Assembly (NCBI GenBank): GCA_026936335.1
Contig: JAPMXV010000001.1
Coordinates: 1-64,000, forward strand
Source of the DNA: Mantamonas sphyraenae STR306
Taxonomy: Eukaryota; Protista; CRuMs
DNA: 64,000 nt
Direction of reading: 5' to 3'
A program made the position numbers and the translations under genes. Positions 1 to 11,996 of this stretch are shown piece after piece (position 1 is the stretch's first letter; the number at the start of each line of letters is the position of its first letter). A model generated the notes under the pieces. That model did no database searches. It was not told where the DNA came from and saw nothing but the letters and a program-made list of their open reading frames with translations.

Positions 1-234
1 CCCTAACCTACCCTAACCCTAACCCTAACCCTAACCCTAACCCTAACCCTAACCCTAACCCTAACCCTAACCCTAACCCTAACCCTAACCCTAACCCTAA
101 CCCTAACCCTAACCCTAACCCTAACCCTAACCCTAACCCTAACCCTAACCCTAACCCTAACCCTAACCCTAACCCTAACCCTAATTAACATTAACCCTAA
201 CCCTAACCCTACCCTAACCCTAACCCTAACCCTA
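1..234. repeat. Telomeric repeat (CCCTAA)n / (TTAGGG)n, chromosome left end
   Basis: Perfect CCCTAA array from base 1, with a few variant units near 181-215 (ctaattaacattaac, ccctac). Confidence 0.99.
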
Positions 235-502
235 TCCATCATATGGTGTATATGTGTGGTGAGACCGGTCTAGGTTGTGTGAGTTGTGCTTGTGTTAGCT
301 GGCGGGGTGGCTGAGTTGGGTGGTGACATGGGGCAGTGGGCATTGGGTGGGAGTGGAAATGTCGCTTGTGAGTGGCCGTAGTCCTGCAACGCCGCGCAGT
401 CGGCACTGCCCTTCTGCCTTCAACCAAAATATCACCAACACCCACAACACCTTCCACCAGTCCAACACAATCCACATACACTCCAGTACCACCACCACCA
501 TC

Positions 503-3500
503 ATGGACAAAGACTACTCAAACACTCCGAAGCAACAACACACACCCAACACCTACCCAGCGTGCGTTCTGCCTTCCACTCCGTTTTCTGGCTACCCGCT
601 TCTCCCGCTTCCATGCCTCCTCCATGCCTCGGTCGCCTCCCTGCACTCCTCCTCTGCCTCTCCACTTCCCCTTCACCACCTCCACTGCCTTCTTCGCTCT
701 TTTCCGATCCCCTCTCCCCTGTCACTGCCCTCCCCGTTGCCAGTTTCCCGGTCTGCCAATCTCCTCCGTTTTTCCCTCTCTGCTCGTTCCAGCCTCCCTT
801 CACCCCCGCTTCTGCCCTGACGGCGTCCCTTCCGCCTTCCGCTCACCGGTACCACCCCGCCCACCCCCCTCCCGTCTCCCACACAGCTACGCGTACATGG
901 TCCCTCCCATGGCTGCTCAGCCGTTCTCGAACATGCTGCCCGTTCAAGGCGTACAAAACCCGTACCAGCACCCACAACCACCCATCATCTGGGTCCCTGT
1001 CAACACCCACCCCCAGCAGCACCACTCATATGGTCATCAGGGCCACCCATACTACGCCTACCCTCCTCCGCCACCTCCGCAGCCGCGACAAACCGCCCAG
1101 GTGCACTTCGCTCAGACTCCGTTGCACCCTCCGCCTGCTCAACCCACCAAAAACCACAACCGCGTCCCAAAACGCATCAGCCCTGCGTTTGTCGGCATCA
1201 CACGGACCACATCCACCACCACATCGTCGTCGTCCTCCCACCAAGGCACGCGGCAGACTGGAGACAGCGACAACAACGACGCAGACCAGGACACACACAC
1301 ACAAGACACCGGCGACGTGGAGGACCTGATGTTCCTGAACTTTGGCCACCGTAAACCTTGGTTAACGTCCAGCAACACAGAGTGGATGAGCAGCTCATGG
1401 ATGGAGGCGTATGATGAAGAAGGCGAGGCACTCGACGCACCCCAGCAGCACGTTGAGGACGAGGTGGAAGCTCAGGGCCCACTCAGCTTCGCAGACACTG
1501 TTGAAGCCATGGATCAGGAGTATATGCCACAAGACGACGGCGACGACGACGCAGACGACATGGAGCAGGAGGACACGGACGAATGGCAGCCGAGACGCAC
1601 AAGCAGCAGCCGCACACGACGAGGATACCACGCCAGTCGACTCACTGGTACACAGAAGATGAATGGCAGCGGACAGCGCAGGCGCAGGGTCACGGCTGGC
1701 AGTGGCACAGAGGCAGGAACGTCGAGCACACGGGCAAGAAGGGCCAGGAACGGAGACAACGGCGCACGGAAGAAATCAAGCGAAGACAAGACGAACAAGT
1801 TGCCGGATGGAGTTGCGCGCAAAGGTTGGAAACTGGGGCCCAATGACGATCGCAGCCACAGCAACAAGAAGGAGCACACGGCACTGCTGAACCACATGCA
1901 CACGCTGGTCAACGAGCATCCCATCGACGACATCCCCGACCTCATGAACCTGCAGGCGCGTGTTGTGGTCTGCCATGGCACCCTGAACACGCTGCTCCGA
2001 CAGATTCAGCTCGCTTTGGGCAACATTCCTCTCTCCCAGGGCGACATGGCCCTCTGCCTCACCCTCCTCGGCCGTGACATGGATCAATATGCGTGCGGCC
2101 ATGCCTTCCTCAACGCTGGTCTGGCCATGGGTGTGACAAAGGCTGGGTTGAAGGTGGGCTCGCTGGAGGAGCCACACGACCACGGCGACCCCAACTACGC
2201 CCTCCTCCACCTGCTCAAGACAGAGATGGACACACTCGGCGACAGGCCCCATCCCACCACCTGGAAGGAGCACGAGCAGACCCAGCTGTGGCTGCAGGAG
2301 GCACGACGCCCTGCTGACAACGACAGCGACCCACACTGGACACAATGCGACTACGATCACCACCTCACCACCACCAATGTGAACAAGTGGCACCCTGAGT
2401 CTGTTCGCAGTGGCTGGAACGGTGCTCCAACAAGCGACGAGCGTGGCAGCTGCACGGCGCGGGAGTTCCAGACGCTGCTGGCACACATGAAGGCAATCGC
2501 AGCCAAGTACCCTCGCCATCAGCACGCACACGAGCACCAGGCACTGCGTGAGCTGATCAACAACGGCGACCTGCAGTCCCTTGTGCGACACATCATCCTG
2601 GCGCTGGGCAACGTTGGCGTGCCGCCTGTCGACCTGGCCTTCTTTGTCCGCCTCCTCAGGCCACGCCTCACCTACAAGCAGGTCCAAGGTGCAATCAGCA
2701 ACACCCTCACCCGCGGCCTCACCTCGCTCTCCCTCAAGATCGCCTGGCTCGACAACCCCAAACCCAGCGACGCCACACTGCACACCCTCCTCCACACCCT
2801 CCTCGACCGCATCACACCCCACATCACCACCCGACCCACCACCACACACGCCGTAAACGCCCTCCGGATCCATAAGCTTGTTCTGCCCAAGCCCACAGAG
2901 GAAGAGGAGATGATGGTCGTGGAGGATGGACTGCCAGATGGCGTTGTGTGCAGTGGCTGGACAACATGGCGCAAGAGCGAGCGCAGCCACAGCAACAAGA
3001 AGGAGCACACGGCACTGCTGAGGCACATGCACAACCTGGCCAACGAGCATCCCGTCGACGACATCCCCGACCTCATGGCCCTGCAGGCGCGTGTTGTGGT
3101 CTGCCATGGCACCCTGAACACGCTGGTCCGACAGATTCAGCTCGCTCTGGGCAACATTCCCCTTTCCCAGGGTGACATGGCCTTCTGCCTCACCCTTCTC
3201 GGCCGAGACGTGGATCAACATGCGTGCAGTGCTGCCATCCCCCACGCTGGTTTGGCCATGGGTGTGACAAAGGCTGGGTTGAAGGTGTGCTGGCTGGAGG
3301 AGCCACACGACCACGGCGACCCCAACTACGCCCTCCTCCACCTCCTCATGACAGAGATGGCCACTCTTGGCGACAGAACCCTTCCCACCACCTGGGAGCA
3401 GCACAAGCAGACCCAGCTGTGGCTGCAGGAAGCACGACGCCCTGCTGACAACGACAGCGACCCACACTGGACACAATGCGACTACGACCACCACCTCGCT

Positions 3501-4088
3501 ACCACCAACGTGGGAAAGTGGCATCCTGTGTCTGTGCGCAGTGGCTGGAGCAAGACCGCAGACGAGCGTGGCAGCTGCACGGCGCGGGAGTTCCAGTCGC
3601 TGTTGGCACACATGAAGGCATTTGCAGCCAAGTACCCTCGCCATCAGCACACACACGAGCACCAGGCACTGCGTGAGCTGATCAACAACGGCACGAAAAA
3701 GTCCCTGCTGCGACACATCATCCTGGCGCTGGGCAACGTTGGCGTGCCGCCTGTCGACCTGGCCTTCTTTGTCCGCCTCCTCAGGCCAAACCTTACCTAC
3801 AAGCAGGTAATGGATGCCAGCAGCGCCACCCTCACCCGCGGCGTCACCTCCCTCTCCCTCAAGATCGCCTGGCTTGACAACCCCCAACCCAGCGACGCCA
3901 CACTGCACACACTCCTCCACATCCTCATCGACCGCATCACACCCCACATCGCCACCCGTCCCACCACCTCCGCACTCGTCAACGCCTACCCCATCCCCTC
4001 CTTCACCCTTCCCAAGCGCAAAGTCCCTTCCTCCTCCTCCTCCTCCTCCTCCTCCTCCTCCTCCTCCAAACGCCAGCGCCTCGAATGA
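503..4088 (+). CDS. Orphan, probably nuclear, protein with four copies of an unknown ~170-190 aa domain (exons 503-561, 887-4088)
   Basis: ATG in accatcATGg context at 503. GTGCGT donor at 562 and CACAG acceptor ending 886 join in phase 2 to the long ORF. Pro/Gln/His-rich then acidic N-terminus, ABAB repeat 1800-4010, basic C-terminus (PKRK...KRQRLE). Confidence 0.8.
1800..4010 (+). repeat. Intragenic tandem duplication, period ~1131 bp, each unit made of two diverged sub-repeats
   Basis: LPDGV...RSHSNKKEHTALL at 1800 and 2931 with largely identical DNA. A and B halves align (GTLNTLLRQIQLALGN vs GDLQSLVRHIILALGN). Confidence 0.95.
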
Positions 4089-4135
4089 ACCCATCCAACC
4101 CCCCACCCTCACCCTCACCTTCCCGTCTTCCCCAG

Positions 4136-5275
4136 CTCTCTGACCAATTCCTGCCCTCCCCGCACAAACGAAACCACCTTGTCCACAACCCTTCCCACAT
4201 TCACCTACTGCGCCCTCTGCAAACACAGCCACACGCGTAAGCGCAAGCATGTGTACGACAAGGTGCACCAGCGCAAGCTAGCCCGTGCCGTCTCCAACGA
4301 GTCCGACCGCATCCGCGCTGCAGTCCTGTGTGCAAGCGCCTGCACTATTGCTGAGCGCCGATCCCGTCCTTCGCAGTGCAACATGCCCGAACCACCCTTT
4401 GACACCTCCATGTACACATCCACACTTGACAAGTCCTTGCACGGCCTGTTCTGGTGCTACTTCTGCCGAGTCGGTGTCCTGGAGCTCGTCGACCACGATT
4501 TTGTCGGGTGCGTTCCCCTTCCCCATTCCCCTCGTTCCCCACTGTATCATCGTCTCTCTTTCCTTTCGGCATACCATTCCCATGGCCCGTACCCGGCCCG
4601 CGCTCACCCCGCGCGCGCACGCCCCGCTTCAGTATGAACACAATTGAGCACTTGTGCACCTCTGCACACGCACAGAACGTAGAAACCTTTCTCAGAACAC
4701 AGGGTGGCGCAAAGATATCACCTAGTCCGCTTCTCGTGTCCCAGAAACAAGCCGCCGATGTAAGTGGTGCCCGTCCCGCCTCGATACTCTTTCCCAACAA
4801 ACTCACCGGTCCCTTGCCCCTGTCACAGCTCCGCCAAAAACAGCTGGTGCTCCTAAAGAAGCACAACGCGGCGCTGAAACGAGAGCAGGAGACACTCTCT
4901 TCAGCACAGCGAGCGTCCACTGCTCTCTCGACCCCTCGCCGCACGGTTTCCGCGCATGTGCCCACCAAACAAGAGTCTCAAACCTCATCTTCATCCTCTT
5001 CAGTGTCGACTTTATCGCAGCTGGAGCGTATGCGTGCCTACCACGCCCTCCTGGCCCAAACTGCCAAGCGCAAGTCCTCGCCTCCCACACCACAGACACC
5101 ACAGGAGCGCAAGCGACAACGTGTGTCGACAACGTGCACTGCGCAACGTGTACATAAGGACGTGCAGTCCAAGCCGGCGCCCAAGATAATCGATCTTGAG
5201 CAGGTGCGCAAGGAAGCCCTGCAAAAGAAGCGTGATGCCCTCAAGGAGCGCCTGCGCGCCAAAGCAAACAAATGA
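4136..5275 (+). CDS. CENATAC: CENATAC/CCDC84 (TITAN-like) zinc-finger protein; exons 4136-4507 and 4633-5275, ATG probably supplied by exon 503-561
   Basis: [22 protein letters not shown] and FWCYFC...[17 protein letters not shown] match the two zinc fingers of CCDC84/TTL. Phase-2 intron 4508-4632 (GTGCGT..TTCAG). No local in-frame ATG upstream of the first finger. Confidence 0.8.
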
Positions 5276-5869
5276 GTACTTCCAACACCATCCTCGCCCT
5301 GTACATTGTCAATAAGAGTGGTGGCATGATTTACAAGCAGGAGCTGGGCGCATCCTCCTCCTCCGAGCACAAGAAAGACTTCAACGAGCATATGCGCCTC
5401 GCCTCCATGTTCCACACCCTTTCTGTCATTGCCTCTGAGCTGTCCCCCGTCAGCGGCTCCTCTGGAATCGAAATGATGGAGGCAGACACATTCAGAATCC
5501 ACTCACTGCAAACCCTCACGAGTGCGTTGCCCTCCCACCCTCCCACCCAGCAGCCCCGCTTCTCCATCCGCTGCCGAACCCATGTGTGACATGTATTTAC
5601 TTGGAAACTCCTCTTTTGCATCCTGGTTCACGACAGCTGACACCCTCGCGCCCTCACGACACTCCGCGCTCTGCGCTCGATGCTCCCTCCCAGAAACACG
5701 CTTCTTCCTCGTCACCACCATCGACCACCAGGGCAACACCGAAGCCACTCTCCAGTCCATCTATGAACACTACGCCGACTACGTGCTCAAATGCCCCTTC
5801 TACGAACTCGAAATGCCCATCCAGGTGCAAAAGTTTGTCGAGGCCATCAATGAACTTCTCGTTCAGTGA
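5272..5869 (+). CDS. TRAPPC4: TRAPP complex subunit 4 (Trs23/synbindin); exons 5272-5521, 5694-5869
   Basis: [51 protein letters not shown]. Phase-1 GT-AG intron. Confidence 0.93.
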
Positions 5870-6076
5870 ACCCCCGCCGGCTTGCATTTGCTTGCAATCC
5901 ACCTAGTTTTCCTTCTTCCCAGCATATCACTGCCCATTCCCTGGTCGCCGTCACCACCCTGCAAATCACCCTACCCCAACGCCGCCCAAGAAAACTTTCA
6001 ACCCGTGCCACGACCCCACTGGCACATCACCGACATCCCTTTGTGTGGCTGTGCCCCAACCTCTCAGTTCTGAACA

Positions 6077-9000
6077 ATGTCCATGTTCAAGAAACTCAAG
6101 AACAAGCGTCCCAAGGGACAGCAAGAGGGAGACACCCCGAATCCCTCCGTCTCTGGCCAGGGCAGTTTCCGAGGCGCCTCTGCGGCTCTGGGAACCTCCA
6201 ACGACGCCATTATGGCCAAGGGCCCGCCCCCACCGCCTCCTCCTGCAGGTGGCGCTGGTGGTTCGGCCCGACAATCCCGCGGCCCTCCCGCGATGCCTGG
6301 AACTGCACCCCCCGCGTTTCCAGGCACGGCCGGCAATCACAACAGCGCATATGCCAACGACATTGGCTCTGGTGATGGTCAGGGACGATCCAACTCTTCA
6401 ACGGCTTTGCAGGCGCGCGTCGACTTGGCGGCCGAAATGGGTCTCCAAGGCCATCAGGCCGAGTGCCTCTATGCCTTTGCTGGCACGGCCAACGACCACC
6501 TGTCCATGCAACCGGGCGACGTCATTCTCGTGTCGGCTACACCCGACACCGATGCATGGTGGGCCGGTGCAAACCTATCTCACGGCGAGGGAGACGAACC
6601 TCCCGCCGTGGGTGTTTTCCCCAGCAACTATGTGCGCTTCACCACGCTCGTCTCTTCCGTGCCCTTGCCCATTCGCTCCTATGTGTCGCAGGTGCCAGTG
6701 CTCAAGAAACCCAGTAAGTGCCTGACCATGCCCTGCAGCCGTTTTTCCGTCCCCGGCAGAGGATGAAACCCCTCTTTTTTCACGCTGACACCATTTCTGT
6801 GTCTGCACCCCGCAGAGCCCAAGCCCGTGCTGGTCAAGAAGCTTGTGACTCGCACCGTGCCCAAAATGCGAAGTGCACATCTGGTGCGCACCGTGTATGC
6901 GTACGATGCCAGCGGCGCCGACGATCTGTCGTTTGCTGAAAACAAAGAGATCGAGATCCTGCAGCAAGACGGTGAGTGGTACCAGGGCATCCTCGATGGC
7001 CGCACAGGCTGGTTTCCGGTCAGTTACACAGAGAGCATGGGTCAAGTTGAACTCGAAGACGGCGTCGAGGAAATTCAGGAAGAGATCGAAGTGTGGGAAG
7101 AGCCTCCGGCCGACGACGACGACGACGACGAGCAGACTCCGCCACCGCCTCCACCTGCCTCCAGCAAGCCGCGCAAGCTCGTTGGTGCTGCGCCGGGCAC
7201 TCCACCGCCCAAGCCCAACATGCGTCTGGCCGAACAGCTGTCGCGAAAGGGGACCCCGCCGCCGATTCCTCCGCTACCGGACCGTCTGGATAGCCAGGAC
7301 GAGACTTCAGCAGACGAACAACAACTTCCCCCAGCGGACACGACCTCTACTGAGACCACGACGCCGCAAGAGCGCTTCCAGGTCATCGACTGGTACGAAG
7401 CGCAAGACGACGGCGAGATGAGTTTGCAAGAGGGCGACGTCATGGTGGTACTGGAGAAGGACGATGGCGGCTGGTGGTGCTGTCGTAGTGAACGCACAGG
7501 CAACGAGGGCTGGGTGCCCTCCAACTACCTTGCCAGCGAACCCCTCCCGAACAAGCCCAAGCCTGCAAAGAAGCCCGCCACGCTCATGCCCAGCCCTGGT
7601 GCTGGCGGGTTTTCCGGTGAACTGGCCATGCGACTGCAGAACAGGCAACAAGTTGACCAAAAGAAGGAGCCCGAACCCGAGCCGGTTATCCCGCAGATAC
7701 CCGCCACCCCGCAATCCAAGCCAGACACGCCTCCGAGCGCAGGGAAACCCCAGGTTTTGCCCCAGATGCCCGTTACACCCCAGACTAAGCCAGAATCTCC
7801 GTTGGCCTCAGCGGGGCTTGGGGGCATGGGCTTTGGAGACGAGCTTGCCCAACGCCTGGCAAAAAAGAGCGGCGGTGCCGCTTCGCCCAAGCAACAGCGC
7901 CCTCAACCGGCCCAAATCGCTCCGTCCGAACCCATGAGTGAGTTGCAGATGCGCTTACAGAAGCGACAGCAAGCAGAGACAACGAACGAGGAGTCTTCTC
8001 CCCCGCCCAGCCCTCCGCCCGAACCCGAGCCGGAGGCTGAACCAGCGCCTGTGTCGCCCATGCTCGGCGGCGGAGGTTTCGGCGACGAGCTGTCCCGTCG
8101 CCTGGCGCAGAAGAACGGTGGTGCTGCTTCACCAAAGCAAGGACGTCCTCAGGCTGCGCAAATGTCGCCTGTCCAGCCCATGAGTGAGTTGCAGATGCGC
8201 TTGCAGAAGCGACAGCAAGCAGAGACAACGAACGAGGATTCTTCTCCCCCGCCCAGCCCTCCGCCCGAACCCGAGCCGGAGGCTGAACCAGCGCCTGTGT
8301 CGCCCATGCTCGGCGGCGGAGGTTTCGGCGACGAGCTGTCCCGTCGCCTGGCGCAGAAGAACGGTGGTGCTGCTTCACCAAAGCAAGGACGTCCTCAAGC
8401 GGCGCAAATGTCGCCTGTCCAGCCCATGAGTGAGCTGCAGATGCGTTTGCAGAAGCGACAGCAAGCAGATGAAGAAGATGCACCTGCAGAGACGGCCACC
8501 ACCACAACGACGACGACTGAACCAGAGGCCGATATCATTGGGGCAATGGAGGTCAGCAGCAAGAAGCCGACCATCACCAAGCGTCCCAGCCGTGGCAAAC
8601 GGCGCCCAAGCAAGAAGGGCAACAACGCAGCGTCGGCCATTGCCGTCAGCCATGAACAGGCGAGTACAAAGTCTCGCAGTGCCGCGAGCAGCCCGGCGAG
8701 CACGGCCAGCTCCCGCTCGCCTGCCCAGTTCCGGTCACCCATCATGCCCGCCAAGATGGGAGGAAGTCGCGTGGACCTCGCTGCCCAGCTCAACGCCCGC
8801 TTTAGCGAATCCAGCGACGAGGGAGCCGCTGCAAGCAAACCCCAACCCCCGTCCAAGTCCATACCCACGCTCCCCAAGCCGCATGCTGTCAAGCCCAAGC
8901 CCACTTGCACGGCGTTTACCGACTACGACGCTGAAGACGACGGCGAACTTAGCCTGGCCGAGGGCGACGTCGTGGTAATCCTGGAGAAGGCGGATAACGG

Positions 9001-10372
9001 GTGGTGGCGAGGCCACAAGAAGGGCAAGCCACAGCCTGAGGGGTGGTTCCCGTCCAACTTTGTTGAAGAGGTGCCGCATGACACTTCAGCCGAGCCAGAG
9101 CAAGAGCAAGAGCAAGAGCCAGAGCCTGAGGAGCCTGAGCCTGAGCCTTTGGAGGTATTTGACGCAATCGAGAAAGCTCCCAAACGGCTCAACACAGTCA
9201 AGCGACGAGGTGGCTCGCGCTCGCGTCGCCGGCCCAGCAAAAAGCCTGCCGAGGTCAAGAAAGGCGTCAAGGAGTCGACATCAGCAGCAGCCACAGGCGC
9301 GGAGACGGATGTGGACTCTTTGAGCAGCTCGTCGTCGACCAAGCCACGTGCGGCCTCGCACGGACGCAACGCGAGTGGAGGTGTGCCTATGCTCGGCGCC
9401 AACTTGTTCCAGGGTGACGAGCTGCAGGCACGATTGCGCAAGCGCTCTGCCACCACCACAGCACGCCCGCAAACATCTGGTGACGACTCTTCCAACGCCG
9501 GATCTGTACCTCTCGGGCAAGATACTCAAGATGAGCTTGCAGCACGTCTCGCTCGCCGCAAGCAGATGAACGAGACCAAGATAGAGCCTTCCTCGCCTTC
9601 CTCTCAACCCGCCTCCCAGCCGCAAGACGAGCTCGCTGCACGCCTTGCCCGCCGCCAACAGCTCAACAACGAGACAACCTCCACCACCTCCACCCCCGAA
9701 CCCGAACCCAAACCGGAGCCCGAACCGTCCTCCCAACCACAAGACGAGCTCGCTGCACGCCTTGCCCGCCGCCAACAGCTCAACAACGAGACCCCCTCCA
9801 TCACCACCTCGTCCACCCCCGAACCCGAACCCAAGCCGGATGCCGAACCATCCTCCCAACCGCAAGACGAGCTCGCTGCACGCCTTGCTCGCCGCCAACA
9901 GCTCAACAACGAGACACCCACCACCACCACCACCTCCTCCTCCTCCTCCTCCTCCTCCTCCTCCACCTCCACCCCCGAACCAGAACCATCCTCCCAACCA
10001 CAAGACGAGCTCGCCGCAAAGCTCGCCCGCCGAAACCAACTCAACTCATCGTCTTCGTCCGACGACGACGACCAAGAGCAAACGCCCATCTTCCGAAAAC
10101 CGCGCAGCAACACAACCTACGCCGGCGGCAACGAACAGAGCGAACTTGCCGCCCGCCTTGCCCGTCGCCAGCAACTCAACAACGAAAAGCAGGAGGACAC
10201 CACGACGCCTTCCGCCTCCACAGACACTCTCACTGCCACCTTTGCCAACCAAAAGTCCAAGCGCAACTCCTCCTACATCCCCTCTGCCAGTAGCGGCGGT
10301 GGTGGCGGTGGCGGCGGCGATGAACTCGCAGCCATGCTTGCACGACGTAAACGCCTGAACAAAGAAGAATGA
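6077..10372 (+). CDS. Four-SH3-domain proline-rich adaptor (CD2AP/CIN85-like); exons 6077-6713, 6816-10372
   Basis: Four SH3 signatures (e.g. YAYDASGADDLSF..GWFPVSY; DYDAEDDGELSL..GWFPSNFV), polyproline tracts, GTAAGT..CGCAG intron with CTGAC branch site. Confidence 0.9.
7829..8467 (+). repeat. Coding tandem repeat, 246-bp unit, ~2.6 copies
   Basis: MSELQMRLQKRQQA recurs at about 7934, 8180 and 8426 with near-identical DNA. Confidence 0.95.
9526..10185 (+). repeat. Coding repeat (Q)DELAARLARRQQLNNE, about 7 copies with variable S/T/P/E spacers
   Basis: Visible directly in the DNA (gacgagctcgctgcacgcctt) and in the translation. Confidence 0.93.
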
Positions 10373-10442
10373 ACGCTGCATCATTGCAATCCAATCACCC
10401 CAACTGCACATTACCTCGTCCGGCTGAACCCCGTGCATCCAA

Positions 10443-11919
10443 TCACCCCAACTGCACATTGCTCTTGCTCGTCCGGCTGAACCCGGTGTCCACCCGCACA
10501 TCCTCGTACCGGCCCTTCGGATGCTCGCTCTCCCTTTGCACCGGCAGGAATCCTCCCTCTCCGCTCCCCTGGGACTTGACCCCACCCTTCCCTGACCACT
10601 TGTTTACCACGCGGGCCTCCTGAACCATATGCCTCGACTTGACCGCAAACCTGTTTGGCCGGTAGCCCTTCCCCTGTGTGCGCCCACCACCTCCGCCGCC
10701 GCCACCACCACCCACACGCCGCTTCCCGCCATCAATCCCTCGCACACTGTACTCGCTGTGGTACACAGGCTTGCGCACCTCGTTCACCTTGCCGAAACCC
10801 CCGCCGCTCACCTTGCCCACCTTGACTCCCAGCCCATCCTGCCTCCCGCTGCGCTCCACATACCTTGGTGTGCTGCTCACCTTGCTTCCTCGCAGCCCTG
10901 CATGTGATGAAGACGACGACCTCCAGCTGCTGCTGCTCCTCGCCGTCTCCACCTCCACTTCCACCTCCACATCCACCTCCAGCCCCTCATGTGTGCCATG
11001 TTCGTTCTCCTGCCCACTCACATTCTCTTGGTCATCCCTGGTCTCCCGCTTCTGCCGCTTCGCCTCCTTCAGCCGCTGCAGACTTTGACGCGTCCTCGCG
11101 TGCACCTCCTTCCCATCCAGCGTCGTCACACGACTCATCACAATCATTTTGTCTCTGTACTTTCTCTCGCTGCACACGGGGTTCTCGCTCACGTTCAGCG
11201 TCGTAAGCCGCCCACACCCGCCAAAAAGCCCTTTGAACCCCGTCAGTGCCCCGATGTTGTTGTTCGACACATCCAGCAAAGTCAGTGACTCCAACAGTCC
11301 GAGCACTTCCACGTCGTCCACATTGTTGTTTGCTAGCGTCAGCAGCTTCAGCGAACCGCTCACGCTGCTCAGCGAGTCCACACAAAACGTAAACGTCTCC
11401 TCCTGAATGCGCTGGTTGCTCAGATACAGCTCCTCCAGAAATGTACACTTCTCCAGCCCCTCCAGCCGCGAGATCCGGTTCCCGTTCAGATACAGCTTGG
11501 TCAGCAGCGGCAGATCCCCAAGCCCCTCCATCACTTCAATCTCGTTGTTCTGCAGGTACAGATGTGTCAGGCGCCCCACTGCGCTCAGCCCTTCCATTTT
11601 GCTGATGCTGTTGTCATACAGATACAACACCTCTGCATTTGGACACAACCACAAGTTCTCCTGCGTCACCAGCCCGCGCGCGCGTGTCAGTAACGGCTTC
11701 CGTCGCCCTTTTTTCATCTGCCCCTTCCACACCTTCACGCCACCTCTTACGCGCCCACGATCACCCCCACCCCTCACCCACGCCACCTACAATCACAGAG
11801 ATCTTCTTTTCTCCCAGCTGCAGATGTGTCAACCGCTCCAGAAACGCCTCCGTCTTTTCCCCCCTCTTCTTTGTTGTCTTGACATGCTTCAAGATCAAAT
11901 GCTCGTTGATACGTGTCAT
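10443..11919 (-). CDS. PPP1R42: Protein phosphatase 1 regulatory subunit 42 / LRRC67-like SDS22-type LRR protein; exons 11919-11791, 11660-10443
   Basis: MTRINEHLILKH..LERLTHLQL, VLYLYDNSI, LTHLYLQNNEI, ENPVCSERKYRDKMI..LDGKEV follow PPP1R42 colinearly. Phase-0 intron 11790-11661. Confidence 0.85.
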
Positions 11920-11996
11920 GCTGAACCTATCTGCTCTTTGTTTTCGGCTCTCTCTACCTTGCCTTCAAATCCCCTTGCCTCCGCGGGCGCCCAAAC

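Noticed and set aside
3-242. Val-Arg repeat ORF
   Set aside because: It is a translation of the telomeric TTAGGG array.
4029-4067. (TCC)n and similar trinucleotide runs throughout the window
   Set aside because: Ordinary homopeptide-coding microsatellites.
1776-4268. Long antisense or alternate-frame ORFs (also 21072-23525, 26351-28477, 14530-16317, most of 54678-56207, and 59184-63155)
   Set aside because: These are shadow ORFs of real genes in GC-rich, TA-poor DNA and have no independent motifs.
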